From Myxococcales bacterium (GTDB lineage Bacteria; Myxococcota_A; Polyangia; Polyangiales; DASUME01): DNA of 64,000 nucleotides. This document shows, in pieces, positions 1-10,415 of this stretch (its first letter is position 1; every line of letters begins with the position of its first letter). Position numbers and translations under genes: made by a program. The notes beneath the pieces are model-generated. The model was not told where the DNA came from. It saw only the letters and a program-made list of their open reading frames with translations, and made no database searches. The stretch covers positions 6,016,001-6,080,000 of the forward strand of contig JASGJH010000001.1 in assembly GCA_047601445.1 (NCBI GenBank), in the 5' to 3' direction.

Positions 1-333
1 GCTCTCGAGCTCCTGCTCCACGCGCCGAGCCTCCTCGCCGCTCTGCGACGAGTTGAGGAACGCTGCGTGAACGCCGGCCTCTTCGAGCGCATCGACCTGG
101 TCGTGCATCAAGGCGATCAGTGGGCTCACCACCAGCGTGACGCCCTTGCCCTCGCGATGACGCGCGATGGCGGGCACCTGATAGCAGAGGCTCTTTCCGC
201 CTCCCGTGGGCATCAACACGAGGGCATCGCCGCCGGCGGTGACGTGTTCGACGATCTCCTGCTGCGCGCCGCGAAAGGCCGGATAGCCGAAGACCTCTTG
301 GAGCACGGAAGACGGAGCCGACTGCGAAGCCAT
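1..333 (-). CDS. recQ: ATP-dependent DNA helicase RecQ (5' part; continues past the window start)
   Basis: Manual minus-strand translation from ATG at 333: MASQSAPSSVLQEVFGYPAFRGAQQEIVEHVTAGGDALVLMPTGGGKSLCYQVP...VVSPLIALMHDQV, i.e. RecQ motifs 0, I and Ia. Not in the ORF track because the stop lies outside the window. Confidence 0.95.
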   Translation of the reverse strand, partial: MASQSAPSSVLQEVFGYPAFRGAQQEIVEHVTAGGDALVLMPTGGGKSLCYQVPAIARHREGKGVTLVVSPLIALMHDQVDALEEAGVHAAFLNSSQSGEEARRVEQELES

Positions 334-402
334 GACGGGCACACCATAGCCTCTCGGGCGCGCCCGTGCGCAGCCCCCACCGGCCTGCGTAACGGTGCTA
401 GT

Positions 403-1041
403 TCAGTAGGGTCCCGAGCCGCCCCGGTAGGCGTAGTAATGCGAGAGCACGCGGTTCACGTAGCGCCGGGTCTCGCCGTACGGCGGCACGCCCTTGTAGC
501 GCTCGACGGCCCCGGAGCCGGCGTTGTAGCTAGCCACGGTCAGCACCAGGTCGCCGTTCCACTGGTTGGCCAGGATGCGCAGGAAGCGCGCCCCACCCAG
601 GATGTTCTGGCGGGGATCGAAGGGGTTGGCCACACCCATCTTCTCCGCGGTGAACGGCATGAGCTGCATGAGCCCCATGGCTCCGTCCACCGAGACCACG
701 TTGGCGTCGTAGTTGCTCTCCACGTGCATCACTGCCCGCAAGAAGGCTTCCGGCAGCTGATAGAGCCGGGCGGCTTCGACGATGTACGAGTCGTAGCGCT
801 TGAACCGGTCGGACGAGCGATCGCGCAGGGCGCGTGGAGTCTTGATGGCGCGCGAGGTGCGGGCCTGGAAGATCACGCGCTTCCAGCGCTTACCCGACTC
901 GGGCATGTTCGTGTAATGGGACACGCCTTCGGCGTCGACGAACTCGTAGATGTCGGCCTGGACCGAAGCGGGCGCGCAGATCGGGGTCGCCAGTAACGAA
1001 AGGCCCAGTACGGCCGACCTCAAGGTTCTGCTGCGCGTCAT
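403..1041 (-). CDS. Lytic transglycosylase (SLT domain) with signal peptide and DUF4124-like N-terminal domain
   Basis: AVMHVESNY (catalytic Glu), GAMGLMQLMP, ASYNAG and PYGETRRYV motifs; ADIYEFVDAEGVSHYTN N-domain. Start placed at ATG 1041 (MTRSRTLR) rather than 1164. Confidence 0.9.
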   Translation of the reverse strand: MTRSRTLRSAVLGLSLLATPICAPASVQADIYEFVDAEGVSHYTNMPESGKRWKRVIFQARTSRAIKTPRALRDRSSDRFKRYDSYIVEAARLYQLPEAFLRAVMHVESNYDANVVSVDGAMGLMQLMPFTAEKMGVANPFDPRQNILGGARFLRILANQWNGDLVLTVASYNAGSGAVERYKGVPPYGETRRYVNRVLSHYYAYRGGSGPY

Positions 1042-1251
1042 GGAGTGGAGTTTCGATCCTAAGCTGTCAGGCTTGATCCCGCCAAGAGTTCGGGCGGCGA
1101 CAGCCCCCGAGCACAGCCCGCGCGCAGGGCTCCTATCGGGGAGCTCGGCGGAGTTCCTCGTCAACTCTGCTCGAGCGCACTACATTCCCACTTCGCCCTT
1201 TTCGAGCCCGCGCGCAGCCTTCTGCGCCTCCGTGCTTGGCGTCACCTATCT

Positions 1252-2859
1252 ATGCGAATAGTCACCGATTACCTGGTTCTCGGCAGCGGTATTGCCGGCC
1301 TCACCTTCGCCCTCGAGGCGGCCAAGCGAGGTCGCGTACTCGTGCTTACCAAGCGCACTGAGCGCGACGCGGCCACGGCCTGGGCGCAGGGTGGTATCGC
1401 CGCCGTGCTCGACCCGGACGACAGCTTCGGGGAGCACACGGCGGACACCCTCACCACCGGTGGCGGCATCTCCCACCGCTCCATCGTCGACATGGTGGTC
1501 GAAGATGCGCCGAAGCGCATCGAGGCCTTGATGGAACTCGGCACTCACTTCAGCGCCGCCCACGATGGTCACCTGGATTTGGCCCGCGAGGGCGGGCACG
1601 GGAAGCGCCGCGTGGTGCACGCCGGCGACATCACCGGGGCCGAGGTGCAGCGGGCGTTGCTCGAGGCGGTGCACGCGCAGCCCAACATCGAGGTGCGCGA
1701 GGGTCACATGGCCATCGACCTCATCGACCTGGCTCGACTCGGGGGCCCGCGCCGCATCGTCGGGGCCTACGCGCTCGATACGGCGAGCCAGCAGGTCTAC
1801 GCCATCGTGGCGCGCGCCACGGTGTTGGCCACGGGCGGCGCCGGCAAGGTTTACCTCTACACCACCAACCCGGACATCGCGACCGGCGACGGCGTGGCGA
1901 TGGCCTATCGTGCGGGCGCCGAGATCGCGAACATGGAGTTCTTCCAGTTCCATCCGACCTGCCTCTATCACCCTCAGGCCAAGAACTTCTTGATCAGCGA
2001 GGCCCTGCGCGGCGAAGGCGGCATCCTGCGCTTGCCCGACGGCACCGCCTTCATGGAGCGCCACCATCCCATGAAGGACCTGGCCCCGCGCGACGTCACC
2101 GCGCGCGCCATCGACTACGAGATGAAGCGCACGGGCGCCGACTGCGTGTGGCTCGACATGACCCACAAGCCCGCGGACTTCCTGCGTGAGCGCTTCCCCA
2201 ACATCGCGGCGCGCACCCAGGCGCTCGGCATCGACCTCACCCGTGAGCCCATTCCGGTGGTGCCCGCGGCCCATTACATGTGCGGCGGTGTTCGCGTCGA
2301 CGGCCACGGCCGAACGTCGCTACCGGGGCTGTGGGCGGTGGGTGAAGTCGCCTGCACCGGCCTGCACGGAGCCAATCGCCTGGCCTCCAACTCTCTCCTC
2401 GAGGGCTTGGTGTTCGGTCACCGGGCAGCCGTGGCCCTGGCCGATCAGGATCCGGACCTGCCTCAAATCGAGCCGCCCTTCTGGGACCCCGGCAAGGCCA
2501 CCGTGAGCGACGAGGCCGTGGTGGTCGCCAACGACTGGGACGAGCTGCGCCGTTTCATGTGGAACTACGTCGGCATCGTGCGCTCCGACCGCCGCCTGGT
2601 GCGGGCCTCTCGGCGCATTGCCATGCTCAAAGAAGAGATCCGCGACTACTACTTCCGGCACGTGGTCACCATGGATCTGCTCGAGCTGCGCAACATCGCC
2701 GAGGTCGCCGAGCTCATCATTTCGAGCGCCGCCTTCCGCCGCGAGAGTCGCGGGCTCCACTACAACGTGGATCATCCCGACACCGACGATCGCCTGTACC
2801 GCTCGGACACCGTGCTGCGTTGGGGGGGCCTGCCCGAGCGGCGTGTGGTCCGCGAATAG
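1252..2859 (+). CDS. nadB: L-aspartate oxidase
   Basis: GSGIAG FAD motif, AQGGIA, REGGH, QFHPT, HYMCGG, GLHGANRLASNSLLE, ESRGLHY. Confidence 0.95.
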   Translation: MRIVTDYLVLGSGIAGLTFALEAAKRGRVLVLTKRTERDAATAWAQGGIAAVLDPDDSFGEHTADTLTTGGGISHRSIVDMVVEDAPKRIEALMELGTHFSAAHDGHLDLAREGGHGKRRVVHAGDITGAEVQRALLEAVHAQPNIEVREGHMAIDLIDLARLGGPRRIVGAYALDTASQQVYAIVARATVLATGGAGKVYLYTTNPDIATGDGVAMAYRAGAEIANMEFFQFHPTCLYHPQAKNFLISEALRGEGGILRLPDGTAFMERHHPMKDLAPRDVTARAIDYEMKRTGADCVWLDMTHKPADFLRERFPNIAARTQALGIDLTREPIPVVPAAHYMCGGVRVDGHGRTSLPGLWAVGEVACTGLHGANRLASNSLLEGLVFGHRAAVALADQDPDLPQIEPPFWDPGKATVSDEAVVVANDWDELRRFMWNYVGIVRSDRRLVRASRRIAMLKEEIRDYYFRHVVTMDLLELRNIAEVAELIISSAAFRRESRGLHYNVDHPDTDDRLYRSDTVLRWGGLPERRVVRE

Positions 2860-2995
2860 TCGACGGCTCGCTCGTCCCAACCTCTGAAAAAGGCGAAGGG
2901 CGCGCGTCTGAACGGCTCGCGGCCTGCGGTGCTCGATAAGCGCTTGCCCGGCCGATTCTTGCCCTGCTCCGTCTCGAAACGAAGCACCCTACGGC

Positions 2996-4408
2996 ATGGC
3001 CCTCGAGCATCAGCACAACCTCAGCGTCGCCAACCGCCGCGAACTCGGGCGCGCCGCCCGTGAGCACGCACCGCGCTCGTCGCACGCCGACTGGGAGCCC
3101 TCGCCCAAGCGCGCCGATCCCGTGTCCATCGTGTGCGACGCGGATGCCGACCGCGTCGAGCTCCTCGTGCCCATCCGCCATGACCGCATGAGCGTGTCGA
3201 CCCTGGCGTTCTATCGAGGCACCGCCGCCATCATGGCGGCCGACCTTGCCCGCACCCCCAACAGCGGCCTCGAGGCCCAGTTGTGCGGTGACGCCCACCT
3301 GTCCAACTTCGGTCTGTACGCATCCCCCGAGCGCAGCTTGCTGTTCGACGTGAACGACTTCGACGAGACGCATCCGGGGCCCTGGGAGTGGGACCTCAAA
3401 CGCCTGGCAGCGAGCCTGGTGATCGCCGCGCGACACAACTCTTTCTCCGCAGCCGCCGCACGCGAGGCCAGCCTCACCGCGGTGCGCTCGTATCGTGAGT
3501 CCATGCGCGACTACGCCGGCATGGCCTGGCTCGACATCTGGTATCAGCGCATCGACGCCGAACAGATCCTCTCGCTGGCAGCCGACCACGATCAACTCGG
3601 GCGCATCGACAAGGCCATCGAGAAGGCGCGCAGGCGCACCAGCCATCAGGTGCTGATGAAGTTGACCGAGGAGGTCGACGGCGAGCGCCGCATCATCAGC
3701 AAGCCGCCGCTCATCGTGCCCCTCCGCGACGCCCCCGAGTTCAGCGAGGAAGGCGCGCTAGAAGAGCGTGTGCAGGAACTGCTCGAACGCTACCGCGGCA
3801 CGCTCACCAGCGATCGCAGGCACCTGCTCGAGCGCTACGAGGTCGTGGACATCGCGCACAAGATCGTGGGCGTGGGCAGCGTGGGCCGGCGCTGCTTCAT
3901 CGTGTTCCTCAAGGGCCGCGACTGGGGCGATCCGTTGATCTTGCAGCTCAAGGAGGCCGCGAAACACTCGGTCCTCACCACTCACGGTGGCCTGCGACCC
4001 TGCAAAGTCAGTCACGGCGGCCGGCGCGTGGTGCAGGGTCAGCGTTTGATGCAGGCCGCCAGCGACGTCTTCCTCGGCTGGAACGAGACCCATGAGGGGC
4101 GGGACTTCTACTGGCGTCAGCTGCGCGACATGAAGGGCTCCCTCGAGGTGGAAACCTGGCGTCCCACGGACCTCGTGTCCTATGCCCAGGTCTGCGGCTG
4201 GGCCCTCGCGCGAGCCCACGCGCGCTCGGGGGATCCCGTCGCCATCGCGGGTTACCTGGGCAAGTCCGACACCTTCGACCGTGCCCTTGCGGTGTTCGCC
4301 GAACGCTATGCCGACCAGGCGGACAAGGACTACGTTGCGTACCGAGAGGCGATCCAGGAACAGCGTGTGAGCACCGAGCCTGCCCTTCACGCCACCGTCC
4401 GTTTGTGA
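2996..4408 (+). CDS. DUF2252 family protein (kinase-like fold)
   Basis: FYRGTAAIMA, CGDAHLSNFG, FDVNDFDE, GPWEWDLKRL, VGVGSVG, LARAHARSGD motifs. Confidence 0.88.
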   Translation: MALEHQHNLSVANRRELGRAAREHAPRSSHADWEPSPKRADPVSIVCDADADRVELLVPIRHDRMSVSTLAFYRGTAAIMAADLARTPNSGLEAQLCGDAHLSNFGLYASPERSLLFDVNDFDETHPGPWEWDLKRLAASLVIAARHNSFSAAAAREASLTAVRSYRESMRDYAGMAWLDIWYQRIDAEQILSLAADHDQLGRIDKAIEKARRRTSHQVLMKLTEEVDGERRIISKPPLIVPLRDAPEFSEEGALEERVQELLERYRGTLTSDRRHLLERYEVVDIAHKIVGVGSVGRRCFIVFLKGRDWGDPLILQLKEAAKHSVLTTHGGLRPCKVSHGGRRVVQGQRLMQAASDVFLGWNETHEGRDFYWRQLRDMKGSLEVETWRPTDLVSYAQVCGWALARAHARSGDPVAIAGYLGKSDTFDRALAVFAERYADQADKDYVAYREAIQEQRVSTEPALHATVRL

Positions 4409-4468
4409 CATCTCCCAGGCACGAGACGCCCGGTTCGGGGGAGCGCGGCGCGGCCGGTGATGTCTCGT

Positions 4469-4497
4469 TTGACGTTATGCCTTCATGCGTCTAAAAG
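4469..4497 (+). promoter_or_regulatory. Possible sigma70-type promoter of metK
   Basis: TTGACG-17 nt-TAAAAG immediately upstream of the metK ATG; the -10 element is imperfect. Confidence 0.3.
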
Positions 4498-4508
4498 CAT
4501 GAACAACT

Positions 4509-5741
<1,233 letters not shown>

Positions 5742-5749
5742 ACCCGAAC

Positions 5750-5783
5750 GGGCACCGGACCCTACGAGCAGGGTCCGTTGCCC
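5750..5783 (+). terminator. Stem-loop after metK
   Basis: GGGCACCGGACCCT-ACGAGC-AGGGTCCGTTGCCC just after the stop codon; no U-tract. Confidence 0.4.
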
Positions 5784-5906
5784 ATTCCCCAGGCGCATGC
5801 CGGGCCATGGCCGTTGGCTGTGGCTGTGGCCGCTACGGTGACTGCAGCGGCGAGGCCCACCGTCTTGCAGCTGATTCCATGTTTGGGGTATAGCCTATCC
5901 GCTTCG

Positions 5907-7862
5907 ATGACCGATTCGGACCAGGCTGAAGCCGTGCGTGCCCTCGAGGAGCGAATCAGGCACCTCGAGGCGCGACTGTCGGCCAGCGAGGCTGCCGCGG
6001 CCTTCCTGGACTCGGTGCTTCGGGCGGTGCCCGCCTTCGTGGTCAATCTCGATCCCGAGCTCCGCATCCGCTACCTGAACCGCTATCAACACGGATTCAC
6101 TGCGGACGGCACGGTGGGACGCCACATGTGCGATTTCATCGCGCCCGAGCAACGTGAAGAGGTGCTGCAAAAGGTCGAGAGCGCGCGCCGGACCGGCCAG
6201 ATTACCACCTTCGTGAGCGCCAATGCTGCGGGTCCCCACGGCGGCACCACCAACTACATGACCTATGTGGCGCCGGTGCAGGAGCCCGACGGATCGGTGG
6301 GCGTGTGTTTGGCGGCGGTGGACCTGGTCGAGCAGGAAGCCCGCGAGCGGGCGCTCAGGGAGAGCGAGGAGAAGCTGCGGCTGGCGGCCGACGTCACGGG
6401 GCTCGGCGTGTTCACCTGGGACATCGCGACCCGGGAGGTGCGCTGGGACGAGAACATGAAGCGGCTCCATGGCGTGTCGCAGCCGCCCAGCGCGCTCGAG
6501 TACATCGATACCTTGGTGCATCCGGAGGAGCGCGAGCAGCTACGCGCGGACACCCTGATCGCCTACGAGACCGGGCGCATCTCGCCGCAGGTCACCTATC
6601 GCATCGTGTGCCCGGATGGCACCGTGCGCCGAATCCTCACGCTGAGCCGCATGCAGTTCGCTCCCGATGGCAGGCCGGCGAAAATGGTCGGCTGTGCCCT
6701 GGACGTGACGCGCACCTATGAGCTCGAGGAGCAGCTCCGGCAGTCCCACAAGATGGAAGCCGTGGGCAGTCTCACCGCCGGCATCGCCCATAACTTCAAC
6801 AACATGCTGGCCGTGATCTTGCCGACCCTCGAGATCGCCGCCGACCTCGTGCCACCCGCGCGCGCCGACCTGATGCGCCAGGCATCGCAAGCGGCGGGGC
6901 GCGCCTCCGAGTTAGTGCGCCAGCTGATGACCTACGCCGGGCAGAGCCGCAGTCTGCGTCAAAAGGTCTGCCACCTCGCGGGCATCGCGGAGTCTGCGGT
7001 GGAGATCTGCCGACGCACCTTCGATCCTCACATCGTGATCGCCCTCGAGATTGCGCCCGACGCACGCAGCCTCAACGTGGCGGGCAGCGCGGTGCAGCTC
7101 GAGCAGGTCGTGGTGAACCTGCTGCTCAACGCGCGCGACGCCATCGTGGAGGCCGGGCGGACGCGGGGGCTGGTGCAGGTCACGGTGCGTCGCTCTTCCG
7201 ACCCCCTACGCGGCAAGCGCGGGGTGGTTTGTGACGCTGTGTGCATCGACGTGCGCGACAACGGCACCGGGATCCCGGAGGCGGTGCGCAGCCGCATGTA
7301 CGAACCCTTTTTCACCACCAAGCCCGCGGGCAAAGGGACCGGACTCGGGCTCGCGACCAGCTTCGGCACCATCCGCGACCACGAAGGGACCCTCGTCTGC
7401 CATCCGGGTCTCCAGGACGGGGCCGAGTTCACCCTGACCTTGCCGCTGTCCACTGAGCAGGTCCACGCCTCCACCATGCCGCCCACCACCGAAGATGTGC
7501 CGCTGGGCACCCGTGTGCTCCTGGTGGACGACGACGAAGCCGTGCGCGGGGCACTGGGACATGTGTTGGCCAGCGCGGGCCTCACCGTGCACCTGGCGGG
7601 CTGCGGCCACAGCGCCCTGGAGGAGCTCGCAGCCTGTCCTGCCATGGACGTGGTCTTGCTCGACCGCGCCATGCCGGGTGGTGCGGGGGAGGAGTTCGTC
7701 CCGCGCATGCGTGAGCTCGCGCCCCGGGCGAGGCTCGTCTTCCTCTCTGGTCAGTCCATCGAGCCGCCGCTCGCGCGTCTGGTCGACGCGGTGATCCCCA
7801 AGCCCGTCAGCAGCCCGAATCTGCTCACCACGATCCGCCAAGTCCTCGAGCGAGAACACTGA
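5907..7862 (+). CDS. PAS-PAS hybrid sensor histidine kinase / response regulator
   Basis: Two PAS-like segments, H-box GIAHNFNN, N-box NLLLNARDA, FFTTKPAGKGTGLGL, C-terminal REC (LLVDDD...LLDRAMP). Start placed at ATG 5907 (MTDSDQ). Confidence 0.9.
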   Translation: MTDSDQAEAVRALEERIRHLEARLSASEAAAAFLDSVLRAVPAFVVNLDPELRIRYLNRYQHGFTADGTVGRHMCDFIAPEQREEVLQKVESARRTGQITTFVSANAAGPHGGTTNYMTYVAPVQEPDGSVGVCLAAVDLVEQEARERALRESEEKLRLAADVTGLGVFTWDIATREVRWDENMKRLHGVSQPPSALEYIDTLVHPEEREQLRADTLIAYETGRISPQVTYRIVCPDGTVRRILTLSRMQFAPDGRPAKMVGCALDVTRTYELEEQLRQSHKMEAVGSLTAGIAHNFNNMLAVILPTLEIAADLVPPARADLMRQASQAAGRASELVRQLMTYAGQSRSLRQKVCHLAGIAESAVEICRRTFDPHIVIALEIAPDARSLNVAGSAVQLEQVVVNLLLNARDAIVEAGRTRGLVQVTVRRSSDPLRGKRGVVCDAVCIDVRDNGTGIPEAVRSRMYEPFFTTKPAGKGTGLGLATSFGTIRDHEGTLVCHPGLQDGAEFTLTLPLSTEQVHASTMPPTTEDVPLGTRVLLVDDDEAVRGALGHVLASAGLTVHLAGCGHSALEELAACPAMDVVLLDRAMPGGAGEEFVPRMRELAPRARLVFLSGQSIEPPLARLVDAVIPKPVSSPNLLTTIRQVLEREH

Positions 7863-7994
7863 CACTGCTGCTTTGCAGCCTACATGTGGCCGTTTTCGCC
7901 TTCTGTTGGATGTCTCACGCAGACCGGTGTTTTCAGCGCGCCGAGAGATCGATATGCTCGAAGGCTCAAGTTTTCTGCTCCCTCGCAGGAGGCT

Positions 7995-8576
7995 GTGACG
8001 GTGGAGATTCGCGTCAACGTGGTGCTGATGGTGCTGGTCGGGCTGACTTGGCTCGGCCTGCGCGCCCATGCGCCGACGCCTATCGAGTCCGGCAAACAGT
8101 GGGCCTCGCAGCTCGCGGCGCTCGAAGACGCCTTCGGCGCGGACCCCAGCGACAAGGGCGCGCTCGTCTCTCTAATCGACGCTTACTTGGAGGAGGGCTA
8201 CCCGCTGCTCGCGGTGGCCGCCCTGCGTAGCGCTGAGCCCACGCTGCTCGAGGAGCCCGTGGTCTCCCATCAGCTGGCGCGTGCCTACGAGGCCAGCGGC
8301 CGCCTGCTGGACGCCCTCGCCACCGCGGACCTCGCCCTAGCGCGCTGCAGCCGCGCCATCGGGGCACGTCCGCTCGAGACAGCTGTGCCGCACTTCTCGT
8401 GCAGCGAGCGTACCTTCGCCATGCTCGACACGCATAAGAGCGCGCTCGAGCGCATGGTGCGGTGGGGCATCGTCGACCCGCGCGTGGACCCCCGGGCCCA
8501 GCGTGCTTACGACCTCGCTCTGCGCCGTGCGCGCATCGCGGTGGGCGAGCTGCCCGCTGGACCGGGCGTTCCGTAA
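7995..8576 (+). CDS. Hypothetical membrane-anchored or secreted TPR-like protein
   Basis: GGAGG before GTG 7995/8001; N-terminal hydrophobic helix; helical repeat SHQLARAYEASGRLLDALA. Confidence 0.6.
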   Translation: MTVEIRVNVVLMVLVGLTWLGLRAHAPTPIESGKQWASQLAALEDAFGADPSDKGALVSLIDAYLEEGYPLLAVAALRSAEPTLLEEPVVSHQLARAYEASGRLLDALATADLALARCSRAIGARPLETAVPHFSCSERTFAMLDTHKSALERMVRWGIVDPRVDPRAQRAYDLALRRARIAVGELPAGPGVP

Positions 8577-8581
8577 GTCCG

Positions 8582-8631
8582 CCCACAGCCATCGGCCAGC
8601 AGCCAACCGCCAGCAGCCAACCGCTAGCAGC
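8582..8631. repeat. Degenerate heptamer tandem repeat between convergent genes
   Basis: cccacag ccatcgg ccagcag ccaaccg ccagcag ccaaccg ctagcag. Confidence 0.65.
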
Positions 8632-8685
8632 CGTTCGGGCGCTATTGGATGGCCGCTATCGGATGCCTGGCGGCCGCTTGCATCC

Positions 8686-9042
8686 TCACGCCGCCTTGGC
8701 CTCGACCCGACGCGCAGAGCTATCCGTTGGATCAAGGCTGAGGATCCAGCGGGCCACGGTGCGGGCACGTCCGCGGGTCGACTCGTGCCGAAATGCGTAC
8801 AGCGCCTGACGCAGCGCGTGCAACGCGTCGTCCCGCTTGCCGGACCGCAGCATGGCTTCGGCGAGCCAACAGTAGCTCGGGCCGCTGGGCTCCCTCGCTG
8901 CGCTCTCACGCAGCAGCTGGAGGGCCTTGCGCTCCTCACCCCGCCGCAGCAGGCGACGGGCACGGCGCTGTTGGAGGCGCGTACCTGAAGCGAGCCACTG
9001 AGACTGACCTGACACGGACTGGGAGCGACCGGGCTTGGACAT
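8686..9042 (-). CDS. Small basic TPR-like hypothetical protein
   Basis: Likely start ATG 9042 (MSKPGRSQ); YCWLAEAMLRSGKRDDALHALRQAL resembles a TPR; ends ...EAKAA. Confidence 0.55.
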   Translation of the reverse strand: MSKPGRSQSVSGQSQWLASGTRLQQRRARRLLRRGEERKALQLLRESAAREPSGPSYCWLAEAMLRSGKRDDALHALRQALYAFRHESTRGRARTVARWILSLDPTDSSARRVEAKAA

Positions 9043-9700
9043 GCCAGGGCAAGTGAGCAAGCGGCGCGCCAAGCGCTGCGGCGGAGTCAGTTTCGGCAAC
9101 TTGAGTTGCCTCGGCGTCCGACTTTGTGGCGCTGCGCACGCTGCCCGAATTGCCGACCGTGGCAATTCGATCCGGGGTGGCGAGGTGGGTATGCGGCGTG
9201 TGCGCACACCACACCGCTGACGCAACGTCCATGTGGGTTCAATGAGATAGCCGACGCACGACGCGCGTTCGGCACTGTTCGTCGTGCGCCACCAGTGTCT
9301 TCACTTGGGAGGTCCTGAACATGGATTCTCGTTCTCTCTTTGGACGCCGATCGCGAATGCCATATAGTTGCAGCAGGCTGCCGGCAGATGGGCAGACGCC
9401 CCGGAATGGTCCGAAACCCGACGGGATCTTGCCGCGCAGAACCGAGGAAGCATCCGCTTCCTCGCTCGTGGAACGCTCCGTGTACGCGGTCGCTCTGACC
9501 TCATCAAAATGACCGGAGCGCCGGCTGACGCCGGGGGAGGAATGGCACAACATGCACAATCCGAAGAATCCCAGCCCCTCACCGGAGGTCAGCCTCAGCT
9601 GATCCACGACGTGCACCTTGGTGAGGCGTAAAGTCTCACTGTGCCGGTTCACTCCGTTCAACCGCGCGTAACATTCCGCGCGGCGGAGACCGGCGACGAG

Positions 9701-9740
9701 AAGGGCGGCAGACCGCGAGGTCAGCCGCCCTTTGTTTTTG
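9701..9740 (+). terminator. Rho-independent terminator oriented for a + strand transcript
   Basis: AAGGGCGGCAGACC-GCGA-GGTCAGCCGCCCTT followed by TGTTTTTG; GNRA tetraloop. Confidence 0.75.
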
Positions 9741-9871
9741 TCGCGCTCGTATGTCGCACACACGCTGCTCTCTCAGTGGCCTTCATCACGCGCGCTGGCG
9801 ACCAGTCTTGCCGCCGTGGCCACGGCCCTGGTCGGTGCGCAAGGACGGGTAGAGCGGCTCCTCGGCGCCTT

Positions 9872-10255
9872 TCACTCCACCTTGATTACACCGCCGATCA
9901 TCTTCTGCATCGCGCAGCCGTACTTGAGCATGCCGCTCTTCTTGGGCGTGAAGCTCAGCGTGACCGCGGTATTTAGCGGCAGCTTGGTGTTCACACCGTA
10001 CTCGTCGATCACGATCTCCGTGGCACAGGTGGAGTCCGTTTTGCGCGTGATCACCAGCGTGACCGGCTCGCCGCTCTTTACCCGCACATTCTGAGGCTCG
10101 AAGCCGTGCTCCGTGACCGTCATCTCCACACGGTTCTGCACGGGTCCATCGAAGCTAGGTGCCTTCTCGGGTTTGTCCGCCGCGCCCGCCGAGCAGGCGA
10201 GCGACCCCAGCGTTACACCAATCATCACGAGATGCCGAAATCGTGTTCGCAACAT
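9872..10255 (-). CDS. Cupredoxin-domain lipoprotein (CupA-like)
   Basis: VTEHGFEPQNVRVKSGEPVTL, TCATEIVI, YGCAMQKMIGGVIKVE; N-terminal signal with LACS. Start ATG 10255. Confidence 0.85.
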   Translation of the reverse strand: MLRTRFRHLVMIGVTLGSLACSAGAADKPEKAPSFDGPVQNRVEMTVTEHGFEPQNVRVKSGEPVTLVITRKTDSTCATEIVIDEYGVNTKLPLNTAVTLSFTPKKSGMLKYGCAMQKMIGGVIKVE

Positions 10256-10415
10256 GCGGACAAGACTAGCCGAACTCCTCTCTGCGCGCGACGCCACGCC
10301 TTTTCCCGCACAGCCCCAAGCCTCGAATGGCAAGTCGTCTTGCCGCCTCACACGCGCGCCGCGAGCCTGGTTTTTGAGGCGCAGAACTCGCGGCGAACCA
10401 TGTTAGGAAGCTCCC

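Noticed and set aside
67..996. 309-aa + strand ORF at the window start
   Set aside because: It is the antisense of recQ and of the lytic transglycosylase gene.
4410..4500. SAM riboswitch upstream of metK
   Set aside because: A hairpin is present but I recognise no SAM-I/II/IV/V consensus, and the putative promoter lies downstream of it.
9375..9740. tmRNA, RNase P RNA or SRP RNA
   Set aside because: No tRNA-like ends, no GAGGAAAGTCC or ACAGAA..CGGC RNase P motifs, no complete SRP loop; left as an unidentified candidate.
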